A stretch of DNA of 64,000 nt from Mytilus trossulus (GCF_036588685.1 NC_086378.1:28458001-28522000); one strand, 5' to 3'. Positions 35,333 through 49,200 are shown, counted from the stretch's first letter. The notes: a model not told the origin generated them from the letters alone. Made by a program: numbers and translations.

Positions 35333-36654
35333 TCTAAATTATCTTTTCCTTTTTCTGTATACATACATGTACTTATAACCATTAAACTCTTATGTGTGTA
35401 CTTTCACCTGGAAACACTCAACTCCAGTATTTCAAATTAAATGTTATTTTGTAGAACAGTTTGTTATACAAGTGATTTATTTCATTCCTTATAACTAACA
35501 CCTTACTTTATCGAGCAGATATTTTTATGATTTCGTGAAAATTAACCTTTTCATAAGTGAATCTTTAAAATTAAACGGATCCCAGCTACATGTACTTCCA
35601 TCTATTCTTACACAATGCAAAAACTAACTAAGTAAGAACCTTTTCCCCGATATTTTCCTATATAAATAATGGTTGTAAATAGTATTGATTGACCGGACAA
35701 TATCTATTTGTATATATCATAATGTGATTTAAACTTTGTAAACAAAACAAATGAAAATCATGTGTTTGTTAATTTAACAATGCACAGGTTCTTCTGTACT
35801 TATAGTAAATTTTTTGAATGTAAACACCGACATATTCTAATTTCTTCTAATGAACCTTAGTTATTTTATTGAACCTTTACCGGCTGTTTAATTTGTCCTT
35901 CTCAGTACTGTACTGTATGTCAGGTTATATGCATTGAGCCATCAGGTTCATGTGGATCCGTTGGCTAAATTGATGTTAACACCACACAATTAACTCTGCG
36001 TGCAGACATATCTGGACTGTGCTGTTCAATTTGTTCAGTCCTGTAGAAGGTGCTAAACCTCAAATGAGCATTATTGTATATTGAAACTTGAACATGGCTT
36101 CCGTAGAAGTCGAAAGAAGTCATATTAAAATGCATTATATGAACATTGTATAGGTTGTATGAATATGATTGTGCAAGCTGTTTTTGCTGAAACTTGCCAA
36201 TTTTCAGAGAGAAACAGAGCTAGCAGGGGAGTATTTTTTTTATTACATTAATCGTATGTTGTAGAACGGTGAGTCACACCTTTTGTATTGCTCATATAAT
36301 TTATAGGATTATGTAAAATATAACTGTCTAAGTTTCATTTCATAAATTAACACTTTGAAGTCATATCGACCTATCGATGCAATTTCACAGGAAATCATAT
36401 AAACACATTGAAAAACATTTGTGCATTGTCTTATTTTCTTGCGAATTTTTAATAAGGCTCTTGTTTTTCAATAGTCCGTTTTTATTTCTGGCTATGTTTT
36501 TGTTCGTCTTGTGTCTCAACTAAGCGCCGAGTTAATCGGTGCAATATTTAAAAACAAGTTCACTACATTTATTAACTGAACTGTTTTTGAAATCCTTAAC
36601 TTTTTTCTAAACAGTACTGAATTAAATAGTGGATGAATAAGAAACTGAAAACCA

Positions 36655-37115
36655 AACCGATCTGGCCAGACGAAAATTACTAATCAAAACAGACACAAGA
36701 TACCAATCTGACCAGACAAAACATTAATGTGGTCATTTTTATAAATTTCCTGTTCACAAAACTTTGAACTTATCGAAAAACTAAGGATTGTCTTATTCCA
36801 GGCATAGATTACCTTAGCCGTATTTGGCACAACTTTTTGGAATTTTAGATCCTCAATGCTCTTCAACTTTGTACTTGTTTGGCTTTATAAATATTTTGAT
36901 ATGAGCGTCACTGATGAGTCTTATGTAGACGAAACGCGCGTCTGGCGAACTAAATTATTATTTACCAGAAAAAAATATACCAATCCGACAAAACAAAAGA
37001 TACCAATCCGACCAGACAAAAGTTACTAATCCAACCAGACAAAAGATGCCAATTTAACCAGACGAAAATTACCAATGCAACCAGACAAAAGACACCAATT
37101 TGACCAGACAAAAGT
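36655..37115. repeat. degenerate ~23-25-bp minisatellite interrupted by a retrozyme fragment (~36722-36960)
   Basis: accaat.cgaccagacaaaag units lie on both sides of the insertion. Confidence 0.75.
36906..36947 (+). ncRNA. type I hammerhead ribozyme (intact core) in a retrozyme copy
   Basis: CGUCA-CUGAUGA-GUCU(UAUGU)AGAC-GAAA-CGCGCG-UC^UGGCG; helix I CGUCA/UGGCG; predicted cleavage after C36942. Confidence 0.88.
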
Positions 37116-37429
37116 AACAAATTATTCACATACAAGTGAATAATTAATCATCAATGGTTTTTAGTTTATTTTAACAGAATTACTGATAAAAAGCGAATTT
37201 TTATTTTACAATTTCACTTTCATAAATGATTAAACCAAACAACATCATATTTGATTTTTTTTTATTGATCTCGTAGACCTTTAAGGGTTTTACTTCAATC
37301 AATCCATTGGTTTTCTGTTAACTTTGATCACATTCTGGAACCTCTATAATTTACGACACGGTATGGATTAAGGTAATGATTGTAAACCATTAGGTGACTA
37401 ATAGCCTATTAACGTATTGTTATGCATTT

Positions 37430-37767
37430 ACTTTTCTACATAGGCTAGAGGTATAGAGGGTGGGTTGAGATCTCACAAACATGTTTAACCCCGCCGCATT
37501 TTTGTGACTGTCTTTAAGTCAGGAGCCTCTGGCCTTTGTTAGTCTTGTACTATTTTAATTTTATTTTCTTGTGTACAATTTGGAAATTAGTATGGAGTTC
37601 ATTATCACTGAACTAGTATATATTTGTTTAGGGTCCAACTGAAGGACGCCTCCGGGTGCGGAAATTTCGCCTCATTGAAGACCTGTTGGTGCCCTTCTGC
37701 TGCTGTTTTTTTTCTACGGTCGGGCTGTTGTCTCTTTGACACATTCCTCATTTCCATTCTCAATTTA
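37430..37767. repeat. dispersed repeat; other copies at ~52240-52405, 52950-53345 and 60898-61022 (reverse)
   Basis: ggctagaggtatag..aaacatgtttaaccccgccgcatttt..ctccgggtgcgg..tctctttgacacattc is shared. Confidence 0.75.
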
Positions 37768-39221
37768 ATTGTCCATTTATATTGGTCTTTGCTGGACAGT
37801 TTTCTATTGGGCCATCATACAACTCGTTCATTCTTTTTCGTCTATTTGTTGTTGTTGTCTAAATCGAGTTCGATTACTAAAGGAAAAACTCGAATGCATA
37901 TCAAGCCGTAACTCCTATGTGTTACTTCCATCAAAGTATGTGTAAACATAAACTTTTTTTCAAATTATCTTTTAAACCTAAAAGTAAATAAAGGCAACAG
38001 TAGTATACCGCTGTTCAAAACTCATAAATCCATGGACAAAAAACAAAATCGGGGCAACAAACCAAAACCGAGGGAAACGCATTAAATATAAGAGGAGAAC
38101 AACGACACAACACCGAAACGCAACAGCACACAGACACGGACCAAGCAACAGACAATACACCACGAGAATAACAAATATAACATCAAAACCAAATACATGA
38201 ATATGGGATAGACAAGTACCGTGCCACGTCTTATCTAAAAAATAAGAGAAAACAGAAACGACTCAACGTTAAAATGCAACACACACACAGAAACGAACAA
38301 TATTATAACAATGGCCATCTTCCTGACTTGGTACAGGACACTTTTAAAGGGGAATAAAAGTGGTGGGTTGAATCTGGTTTTAAGGCATGCCAAACCTCGC
38401 ACTTTAATGGCACAGTTAAATATAACATTGAAATGAAAACAAAATATTACAGGACTACAATACAAATAAAAAGCAGAACATATTAGACAAAGAAAAGCAT
38501 GATTAATAGATAACAAAAAGCATCAGGTTTAAAATTCAATACGCAAAAAACGCGTCTAGTCCACACGAGACTCACCAGTGACGAAAAAAATACAAAATTG
38601 TACAGCACTGAAGATCAAAAGTTGAAAAGGTTTTACCAAATACGGCATCGTTTGTATGCCCAGGATAAGAACATTCATATTATATAAAACAAAATTCACA
38701 CTATAGCAAACAGTAAATTTTAACAAATGAATATGAAAGAGATATACATAATGAAACTGAAGTAAAAACTAATTATAGAAAACTAAACCCGAATACATAA
38801 CGCCCAGATATACAAGATCGAAAGTGAAAAAAGTACAAAGTTGTAAAGCACTGAAGATCAAAAGTTGAAAAGGTTTTGCTAAATACGGCATTGTATTATG
38901 CCCGGGATAAGAACACTATTATATAGAACGATTCATGCTATTGCAAACAGTAAAACATTAATCTTTACTAGTACTTGACTTTCGATTCGAAATTTAAAAG
39001 ATAACCTTGAAATTGATCTCGGGTTCTAGCTAGAACTTGGTTCTTTTTTGAAACTGAAAAAAAACCAGTCGTCCTATTTTCTCTATCTTCCATTGGATTT
39101 GGGACATATTATTAGTCCAAAATCAACTAGGGACTTTCAATAGCTATACCAGCATTGGTAAAAATTTCGTTGTTATGAAACATGTTGTTACACACATTTG
39201 TTTTTTAAACTTCTTATTTAT

Positions 39222-39405
39222 AATAGTTATCATAGGTACCAAGATTATAATTCAATACGCCAGACGCGCGTTTCGTCTACAAAAGAATCATCACTGACGC
39301 TGAGATCAAAATAATTATAAAGCCAAAACAAGTAATAAGTTGAATACCAAAAATTCCAAAAAGTTGTGCCAAATACGGATTGATCTTTTCCAAGGATAAG
39401 AAAAT
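39222..39405 (-). mobile_element. retrozyme fragment with mutated hammerhead (GUGAUGA)
   Basis: Homologous to 56128-56498; motif at 39258-39299. Confidence 0.7.
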
Positions 39406-39445
39406 CATATATAAAGAGCAATAGATAATATGTATATTTTGTATT

Positions 39446-41072
39446 TCATTTTATTTGGTTATTTAGAGATGTCATCCGTACAATAGAATGTCTGGTTTTT
39501 GATATAGATGTCTCAGAACGACTTAAACGTCTTATACTTCTTTTAAATAAATGTTTGAACCCATGTCTGTATTTTTTGTTAACCCAGAAATACAATAATG
39601 GGTTTGCTAAACAATTGGCGAATGTAAGCCACTGGAACACACACCACGACATGTACACACTCGTTGTTTTGAGAAAAAACGGATTCTCTTCACCTATAAC
39701 AGTTAGTATCTCCATGGGTAACCATGACACAGCAAAGGTTGTTACCATAGACACCAGTATTTTCACACTCTGTAATTAGAAAAAAACTTATATCACGAAA
39801 AATTCCTATAGCATATTAGTCCGGAAGACACCAACAATTATCACTATGACATTGTATTAATGTATTTTCAAATACTTTAGGATACATAATTAATAAAGGT
39901 CAGAAGATTATTTTCAAGGAAAACTTAGAAAACAATAAAACTTTTAATCCACTAACTTTCGAATTGGTAATTTTCAAGTTTTTTATGTTCATGGCCATTT
40001 CATACTTTTTTCATTGGCCATTTACGAGTTATCTATGTAAATATCAATCCAATAACTTTTTTAATAGGTCATTTTCAAATGATCTGTGTGAATGGTCAAT
40101 CCATTTTACTCTGTCGGTATTTTTGAAAAAAATCCTTGAGAGTTTTCTATGTCGGTTACTTGGAAAACAAATAATAAAGTTTAATCTCAATTAAAAACCT
40201 TAACTGAAAAAGTACTTCAAATATGTAATAGAATTTGACAGATAGCTGAATTAAGCGAAACACTAATAACTGCTTACCTTTCGTTTAGAAGAAGCTATCT
40301 TTTTATCTCTTTTTAAGTCTGCTTCACCAGGGGTTTTCTTAGTAAGTAATGTATAAGCTATATGCGTGTTGCAGATAGTCATGAACATTAGTGGTAGGTA
40401 AAAATGAAGGAACATTAAACTGTAAGTATAAAGCTTCCTTCGAGACATCGATGACCATATTTCTGTACAAATTCCTATAGAGTCTCCCTTGAACATGACA
40501 AATACCACACTCGAGGTTGATGCTGAAGGTAATGCAATTATTCCTGCTACTATATACGTGAATAACACGATTATCTGGGCTTTTCGCTTACTTAATCTCC
40601 GTTTTAATGGTCGTGCGACAATCAAATGTCTATCTAGTGTTATTGCCGACATATTAAACGACTTTTGTAAGACTAATATCCATTGAATATATTGAATCAT
40701 TGAGCATGCAAATGATCCAAAAGGCCAGCTTCCTATGAGAATGGTACTTATTTTGGTGAACGGTACAGAACAAATTATCATTACAATATCACCGATGGCA
40801 ATGCTTGTCATGAAGAAATTACTTATTGTTGTAGATTTACGTTTCACGGAATACTTCAGAACGATGCAAAATCCTATATTTCCCAAGAATGCCATGGTGA
40901 ATGTCAACACATATATAATTATCATCACTATAACAAAAGTATATGGCACTTGGTGATGATCCACCATACTTAATTCATTCTCATATAACAATTGTAAGTC
41001 AGACAAGTTGTATGTAACATTTGATCCGTTGGGAAAATCCCAGTACAGATCATCCAAAGATATGCCATCCAT
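39446..41072 (-). CDS. rhodopsin-family neuropeptide GPCR, luqin/RYamide receptor-like; complement(join(39446..39769,40278..41072)), 372 aa
   Basis: TM motifs LGN, IAIGD, WPFGSFAC, LDRH, CTEIW, FYLPL, FAVSWLP, NPLLY; ICL3 TPGEAD..RD..SKRK typical of RYamide/luqin receptors; phase-0 intron AAG|gtaagc..tacag|AGT. Confidence 0.88.
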
Positions 41073-42104
41073 TTAGAGTAACAATCGTAAGCTGTTTAAA
41101 GATGCTGAAGCAACCAAAACTCACACATCAGAATGTGTTACATGTTTAGCACATTTGTGTCAAGTGTTAATTGAGAGTGGGCAAAATCAAGATAGGCACA
41201 ATTTTATCAAACTGAATTTACACAAAGGTTAGGATGTTTTAAACTATACTTTCGTTTAATCTTCTTCCCTGTTCTTTTTGACAATGAAAATAATGTTTGC
41301 AAGTAGCATTAGTGGTACCATTTAAAAAAAAATTAAACTAGATGCGCATTTGAATATTTAATATCTCTTGAGTGGTGCTCGAGGCAAACACAATCGAAAG
41401 AACAAACGTTGTAGAATTGATACAACCGAAAGAAGACAAAAAGTAGAGCAACGGTTAATGGAAGCAAACAATCAAGTGTTACGTAACATGTGAAATTTTT
41501 CCCTTTCTTCGAGTATTTGGTACCCATATTAAATGTAAAATCTATCCCTTTAGTGAAGTTTTTTGGTTCACATATTACATGTACAATGTATATTTTAAGT
41601 TGAGTTTTTGGTACCAAAATAACATGTAAAAAATCTATCCGCTTTAAACAAAAATCATCACATACAGTATAAATTATTTAGCCAATAACCGTCCATGCCT
41701 CTCATTTACTACGGAATATTTTTGTATTGTAAACTTTTGAAATAACTGTATTATATTCTAAATTCGAACGGTTGAGAAAGTTATCCACCTACGACGAAAA
41801 ATCATGGAAGGATGATAACATTTCTAAGCTTAGGATAATACCTTGCGATAATAATGTGTATTCTTTGGTAGTCTCTTTGAGAATATTATCGGTGTACATT
41901 TCAGAAGGACAAAACCTTTTGAGGTGTAATCTTAACCGATATAAAATTTCTTCTTGCTTGTACGATGTGCTAACATTTTAATTGGCCATGGAAACAACGC
42001 CAGCATGGTACATATGAACATAAAATTTTCTTGCAATAAGCGATATATCACTTTATCTGCCTAGTGTTGCAATATGAATATTTACGCGCTCTTCTTGTCT
42101 ACTT

Positions 42105-42300
42105 ATATGTCTAGTGTTTAACTAAAACTCTTTCGTATGTTATGTTCTTTTATCGTGTCCTCCTCGTGAACAGGTACTTATATATTTCTAGTGTTCAACT
42201 AAAACTCTTTCACATGTTCAAATGCATTTATCGTGTTCTTCTCGTGTTCATGTACTTATATATATCTAGTGTTCAACTAAAACCTCCCACGTGCTTTTAT
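42105..42300. repeat. ~78-bp degenerate tandem repeat
   Basis: ctagtgtt.aactaaaac at 42111, 42188, 42266. Confidence 0.75.
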
Positions 42301-43298
42301 CATGATCAGATACTTATCTACCTAGTGTTACATTAATAACATTAACGGTACCAATTTTCCTGCAACAGATGCACATTTTGACAATACATGTCTCTTCAGT
42401 GATGCTCGTGGCCAAAATATTTGAAATCCAAAGCTTATATAAAAGATTAAGAGCTATAATCCAAAAGGTCCATAAAGTATAGCCGAATCCGTGAAAGGAA
42501 TCAGAGCTTTGCATGAGGAAGATACATTCCTTAAAGTCATATGAAATGAGTGATTGGTGAATTATAACGTTATTCCAATTCTTGAACCAATGCATGTATA
42601 TATCATAAACCAAGTCCTCTGTGCACGATTTTTTATTTTTTATTTACGTAAATATATCGTATAATCGTCAATGTTTTTTTCTCTCTGTCTGTTATGATTT
42701 AACAAATATGGCTGCTCATTAAATGCCGTGTTTTAGTACCTTTGATAACTAATTAAAGCCGAAGTTTACCGATTGTCACCTTATAGTAAACAAATAACAA
42801 AAAGCATGGGCATTGAGCACATGTTTAACATGTACAATCAGATAATTGTTTATTTTAATGACAGATCCATGCGTATTGCGATCACCGGATTTTTACGAAG
42901 AGGGTTACGCTCAGGTCACTATGCATACGGAAAATATGTCGGCGAATTGCTTCCTGGAAGCAAGCAATTAAAAATAAGTAAACTTCTTCTAAATGTGGGC
43001 AAATTGAAGAATTGAAGAAAAAGTATATGTGCATTAGTTTTATAGTGAAAACAATCCATTTTGTTATATAAAAACATGTGCATATTTTTTTTTTAATTTG
43101 AGGTTTCTTATGACTTTAATTTATAATAATTTCTAACATTTTGTAACAGCTTATTTTAATAACACCAAAAAAATCCGTATTTTCATGCCAGTACCGAAGT
43201 ACTGGCTACTGGGCTGGTGATACCCTCGGGGACTAACAGTCCACCAGTAGAGGCATGGACCCAGTGGTAGTAATAACATTAACGGTACCAATTTTCTT

Positions 43299-43342
43299 GC
43301 ACCATATGAGCATTTCGACAATACATGTCTCTTCAGTGATGC
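43299..43342 (-). ncRNA. type I hammerhead, second retrozyme family (CUGAAGA core); degenerate sister copy at 42362-42405
   Basis: Minus strand GCAUCA-CUGAAGA-GACA(UGUAU)UGUC-GAAA-UGCUCA-UA^UGGUGC; helix III is weakened. Confidence 0.65.
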
Positions 43343-43824
43343 TCGTGGCCAAAATATTTGAAACCCAAAGCTTATAAAAGATGAATAGCTTTGACAAGCA
43401 ACAATACAAAACAAGCTTCACAAAACCTAGTATTTACTGGGTGTGGATCTGTGGTGCAAAATACACAAACAAACGACCAAAGGACATTTTCATTTATTAT
43501 GTTCATAATTGTAAATATTGTGTCTAGCTAACCATATAAAACTAGAGTACATGTCGATTCTTTTAGGTGTAAATCGAAATATAAACAGTCTACGTTTGAA
43601 TATGTATGATCAAAGTTTAGATGCATTAACGGATACATACCTTTAATTATTGTATCTTGCTGATAGTAATGACACAAGTACTTCAGTGGTAGTTTCAACT
43701 GGTTATAAAGCATTGAATGCTTAGGAAATCGGGTTCAATACCAATACTACTGCATCTTAAAACTTTGTATTATGGCAACACCATCTGTCCCATCGAACTA
43801 AGAAATTGTCATATCCTGTCTTTG

Positions 43825-44290
43825 TCTTGACATTGTCAATGATGGTCGGTTGAGCACAAAATTTACTACAAAAAAGATGATTAAGCTTTACCAATTGTGA
43901 ACGTACTATCTTTATGTAACAAAATTCCAGCAGCGTCTGCATATGGAATATATATATCCCTGTTACTATTCCATAGCTTTCATTGCCTATTATGATTTCA
44001 TCGATAAAGTGTTGCTGCTTACAAGAAAGTAATTAAACCAAGGGCTCCAAGTTATTAAGTTGAAATCACCAATTCGAAAAAAAAAAAAAAAAAAAAAAAA
44101 AAAAACGCCATCACAAGTTGGTTGGCTGTAATCAAATATCTGTTTCAAAGATGGCGACGGATCTGAATCAATTGTCGCTACAACAGTCTCGTTCTGTATT
44201 CCACGAATGTGACTTACTACTAGGTTTGTATCAACATAAGCAACACAACGAGTGTCACATGTGGAGGAGGATTTGCTTACCATGCATTCA
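43825..44290 (+). pseudogene. degenerate Penelope-like reverse transcriptase C-terminal fragment plus 3' UTR
   Basis: Frameshifted pieces read NDGRLSTK / PIVN / KIPAASAYGIYIS / DFIDKVLLLTRK*LNQG.QVIKLKS / HHKLV, resembling the PLE RT thumb region (from recall). Confidence 0.65.
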
Positions 44291-46029
44291 AAATTTAATT
44301 TTTGTTTTAGAATCTACTTACTAATTGCTACGAATTTGGTGATGTATTGTTTTTTTCTCTATCAATTTATGAATTTTGAACAGCGGTATACTACTGTTGC
44401 CATTAGATTGAAAACGAGTCAATAACGTATCCGCTATTGTATGATTCCTTATCAGTAGGTATAGATGAACTATTTTGAAAGAGTAGCACGCTGGGTCTGA
44501 CATATCGAGCAGGATCTGATAACTCTTTCGAAGCACTAAGTCTAAAGAGGAACATAATTAATTCTGACGAACCAGATTTGTAAAATATATACGTTAGAAC
44601 TATCCTGAACTAATTGCAAATACTGAAAAACCTCTTTTGCACCCGTAATGATAAAAAGGTTGCAGTTTTATTCTTTGTCATATTCATTGACCAATTTTTT
44701 ATTTTCTTTCCTTATGCTGCTCTTGTTGCACACAATTTGTGCCTTAGTATATTAGTAATAAATATGTTGACATTTTTGGGATGACTTTTTTTTTGTTGGG
44801 ATCGTGTTGCTCAGTGTTGTGTTTTGTATAATGTTGTGATTCTTTTCATCGTGTTTGTTTATGCATTGACATTGTCAGTTCTTTTTTCAACAAATGATTT
44901 TGAATGTCCCTTTGGTGTCTTATTTTGTTTAATCTTTTACCTGTACTACTAAGATTAAATTATAGAATAATGCAACACAAAGTCAATAGAAGGTTTTGAA
45001 AGCCAGATTAAATGCCTTCTTAAAACTTAATATTTAGGCTATAACAAGATACAAGACTGAGAGTTCCTGTCATATATATGGGAATTATGGCATACCTCAA
45101 TACGAATTAAAACGTTACAAAATTTACTGGAAATTTATGCCAACAGACATGTTGATGCCTTCAAATTAAAACAGCTCGATTAAGAAGATGAATTTAGATG
45201 AAACAGTTAAAAAAAATGAATTTAAAAAGGCAGAATTTGATAAGAAATTAATATTAGAGAGGAGAGCAGAAAAGACAAAAAAGTAGATGAATTTAAATTA
45301 AAACAGACAAACCACCTTTCCTAATTCAGGAACCTGATGTTAAGTGGTAGTCGTTTTCTTGATACAGTTCATAAGTGTTTCTCGTTTTTTGTCGTTCTTT
45401 TAATATATAGATCAGATCGTTGGTTTTCCCGTTTGAATAGTTCGACACTAATAAGTGTATCCCATTATAGCTTGCTGTTCATTGTGAGCCTTCGTGCTGG
45501 AGACCGTTCTTTGACAAATAATGATTTACTTTTATAAATTGTGACTTATCGGGGCCTTTTTTGCTGTCTATGCGGTATGGGCTTTGCTCATTGTTGAAGG
45601 CCGTACGTTGACCTATAGTTGTTAATGTCGATGTCATTTCGGTCTCTTGTGGACAGTTGTCTCATTGGCAATCATATCACATCTTCTTTTTTTATATTGG
45701 AAGGAGATTTGTTTCATTGGCACTCGCACCACATCTTAATATATCTATTGAAAAGGTTAGTATTCAATTCTCAATATTTAAGGAACGATTCAGTTGAGTT
45801 TGCCATGTAGCTATGGGCGAATACCTCATAATACTGGCAAGTATTGAAAATAGAAGGTCGTCAAAATATCAACAAGTAATGAGTAGATTTACCCAGTTAT
45901 TTTACTGACAATGGTAAAAATGTTCAGATAAAATGTGTACAATCTGTCAATTTCGTGTCGAGTTCACCGATGCGACACAAAATTACAAGTGCCAAACAAA
46001 CAAAAAAGCATAAAATGCATGGACTCGTT

Positions 46030-46246
46030 ATAAAAGAGGGACGAAAAAACCCAGAGGGACAGTCAAACTCATAAATCGAAAATAAACTGGCAACGCCATT
46101 GCTAAAAATAAAAAGGAAAACAGAAAAACAATAGTACACATGACACAACATAGAAAACTAAAAAATAAACAACACAAGCCCCACCAAAAACTAGGAGTGA
46201 TCTAAGGTGCTCCGGAAGGGTAAGCGATCCTGCTCCACATGTGGCA
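46030..46246 (-). repeat. abundant dispersed repeat resembling a PLE 3' UTR; other copies at ~19050-19232, 33320-33490, 44790-44925, 60298-60365 and 5410-5447
   Basis: ggg.tcgtgttgct..tttagttttctatgttgtgt..tatgagtttgactgtccct..gtatctttcg is shared. Confidence 0.75.
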
Positions 46247-49200
46247 GTGTCAGTGAAGTTTTTATAGTGATTACATTTTGATCTTTATGAGTTTCTTGAC
46301 ATTACCTGATTTCAAAGACTTATTCTAGGGAGGTCAACACATCACTTAAAATGACCTCTCAAGTATAATAACACAAAAGGGAAACATTCAAAGACAACGT
46401 ACTAGTTACGTTAATAACATTAACAAACTAAGTTAGAACAATCGTAATACACAGGACAGTTTGAAACAAGGTATCTAATACACATTCCAATGACCAGCTT
46501 CCCAAATATCGGATATTATCCCAGATATAATTAAAAGAAATTCATTTGCGATTACTTTTTTTGAAATTTGACAATGAAATTAACACTTGCGAGTCAGGTC
46601 AGTTTTTTTCTGAATTTCAAAATTTTGTTTGTCTTAACCTTAATTGTAGACTAAAACAAGGAAAATCAATGTTGTATTCTGATGTCAGTTTAATCTTTAT
46701 TGCTTTTCGCGTGACACCTTTAAATATAATGTGTTTTTCTTCATGCCAACATAATTATATTTGTTAGTTTTTATAGGAGTCATTTTCTACTCTTTTTTTT
46801 TGTTTGACAATGGTATATCATTTGTAATGTTTGCCACATATTTCAGTACTTGCTAACAGAGAGAAAGATACAATATTGAAGCTTCAATCAAGTAAGATAT
46901 ATTGATATTGACATGATAAAGAACATAAACATTTGACCAACAACGTCACAACCATTGTAAATAGCATTTTTTAGTAAAAGGTTCGGCATGGTTTAACAGA
47001 ATGACCATTTAACAAAAACCATAACCTTCTTAACTAAGAGGTATAGAATTTTAAAATTATTTATTATTTAGAAGGATTATATGAGATGACTTGGAAAGCA
47101 TTGAATAACTGGATGATAGCAAGAAGAATAAAAAAAACGACACAAGCATGACGATGAAGAAAGAAGATAAAAAGTATCGAAATCAAGCTAGAAAATGTAA
47201 GGTATATTTTTTGAAACATTAAAGCTAAATATGTTGTCCAGCTTCTTGTAGTTTAGTACGGCATGATTAAAATCAACTAGTTAGGTATGATGATCGAGTT
47301 TGCTTTGAGTTACTACTAGCATTTTTTTATGTCATTTGTTCTAAAGTGATGCTTGTTAGTGTGTATTTGATTTAATTGTAACGTGATTACAAGTGTGCCT
47401 ATTCTGCATTGTATTATATTGGTCCTACTATGTACCTTTTTAAAGTATACTGACTGGTATTGAAAGGGCGTTGTGGTTGGTTACCCTTTTCAAAACATGT
47501 TAATCAGGTGTATTCCAACTCTATCAATATGTTTTCATAATATCCAGTACTTGTTATACACAAAGTAAACCACTAGATTAAAGCCAAAATAATTAGATGA
47601 AACAAACTTCTTGACACACATTTGTAACATCTGTTAGATGAAGTTGCATGACATCCTAATGTCAATTTTGAAAATCTCTTAGTGGTTGGTTAACCTTTTA
47701 AAATGTTTATCACGTGTATTTGAAAAATATAAAGGTCTTTTTCTAATAAACTTGCTATACACATTTTGCTACAAAATTACTATACAAACTACTAGATTTT
47801 TTTTTTATTATTATGATCTCTAACATGACAGTTATTTGTTGATAAAATCAAACCAATTCAATTAGATAATACAGATTTCTTAGTGGTTAGTTACCCTTTT
47901 CAAAAGACTGTTAATCACTTGTCTTTTAAACCCTTTAAATGAAAGAGACCAAAATGACACAGAAATTAACAAGTATAGGTCAACAATGAGCAAAGCCCAT
48001 ACCGCATAGTCAGCTATAAAAAGACCCGAAATGACAATGTAAAACAATTCAAACGAGAAAACTACCGGCCTTATTTATGTTTAGCTGTTAATATCTGTGC
48101 CATTTAGTCTCTTGTGGAGAGTTGTCTCATTGCCAATCATTCCACATCATCTTTTTTTTTCATAGTTAAGTATAATGAGTTTGCTTTCAGTTACTGTGAT
48201 TGATATTTTTAACATCCTTAGTTCTATTATAACACTTGTTCTTGTGGTTTTTTTTTCTCCATCAATTGTGCCCTCATTACAAGTGTGCATTTTATTACAT
48301 TGTTCATTCAACTATGTACGTTTTCTAAGTACCTTGAATGAGATTGAATGAGAAGAGGGTTGCGGTCTTAGAGAAATACGTTAACCTCTGCACCTATTTG
48401 TAGGACACAAATTCTCTTCGATGGTTTTATCAAGTCGTATCTTTAATTTATTTGTCCCCTTTGTGTTAAAGGCGGATATTTGATAAACTGTAAATTTATG
48501 CGAAAATTGTCTAGACATTTCGAGTATCACAATTTGGCCAATTGTAAAGGCATTTGTAATTCTTTGAAGACCGGACACTGACCTCCAAATTTCATTTGTA
48601 TTGTGCCGGTCTTTTTGTTGGTTCATTGCCGTAAATCTGAAATATCCTGTTCTCTTAGTGGTTTGTTACCTTTTTAAAAAAAATGTATATTACGTGTATT
48701 TAAAACATATAAATGTCTTTTAAGACAGACAGACAGACAGATACCATAAACTTATTGACATATAAACATGCCAGCCAGAGTTTGAGCTTGTTTTGCTATA
48801 TCTATAAAAACAAGATTGACGAAAAAAGGTCATTTATTCAAAATCATAAAATGCAAAAAATTACAATTTGCAAATAAAACATTTGACATAAAAGTTCATA
48901 ATTAATATTAATTTATTTTGTTTTAGAATCACAAGTTATCAAGACGAAAGTTAATGATAAAAGGAAGTGTACACATGGCACGTTAACTTGTGCTGACCCC
49001 GCAAGATCATTGACCAATAAGAAGTAAGTGAAAAAGTGTTATACAATTTAGACAATTAATCAAATAATCAAATAGCAATGTTATACAAATCTGACCCACT
49101 GGTCACTTCAGAGACATCGTAAAATTTACAATATAAAGTTCTCATTCTTTACATCAGTTAAAGCTATAAAACTACAAAATTAATCTTCCCTGCTGTCTTA

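Noticed and set aside
46850-49030. Scattered AG/GT-bounded exon-like segments (e.g. 48927-49023)
   Set aside because: I could not assemble a stop-free, recognisable protein, and the region is a mosaic of degenerate local duplications.
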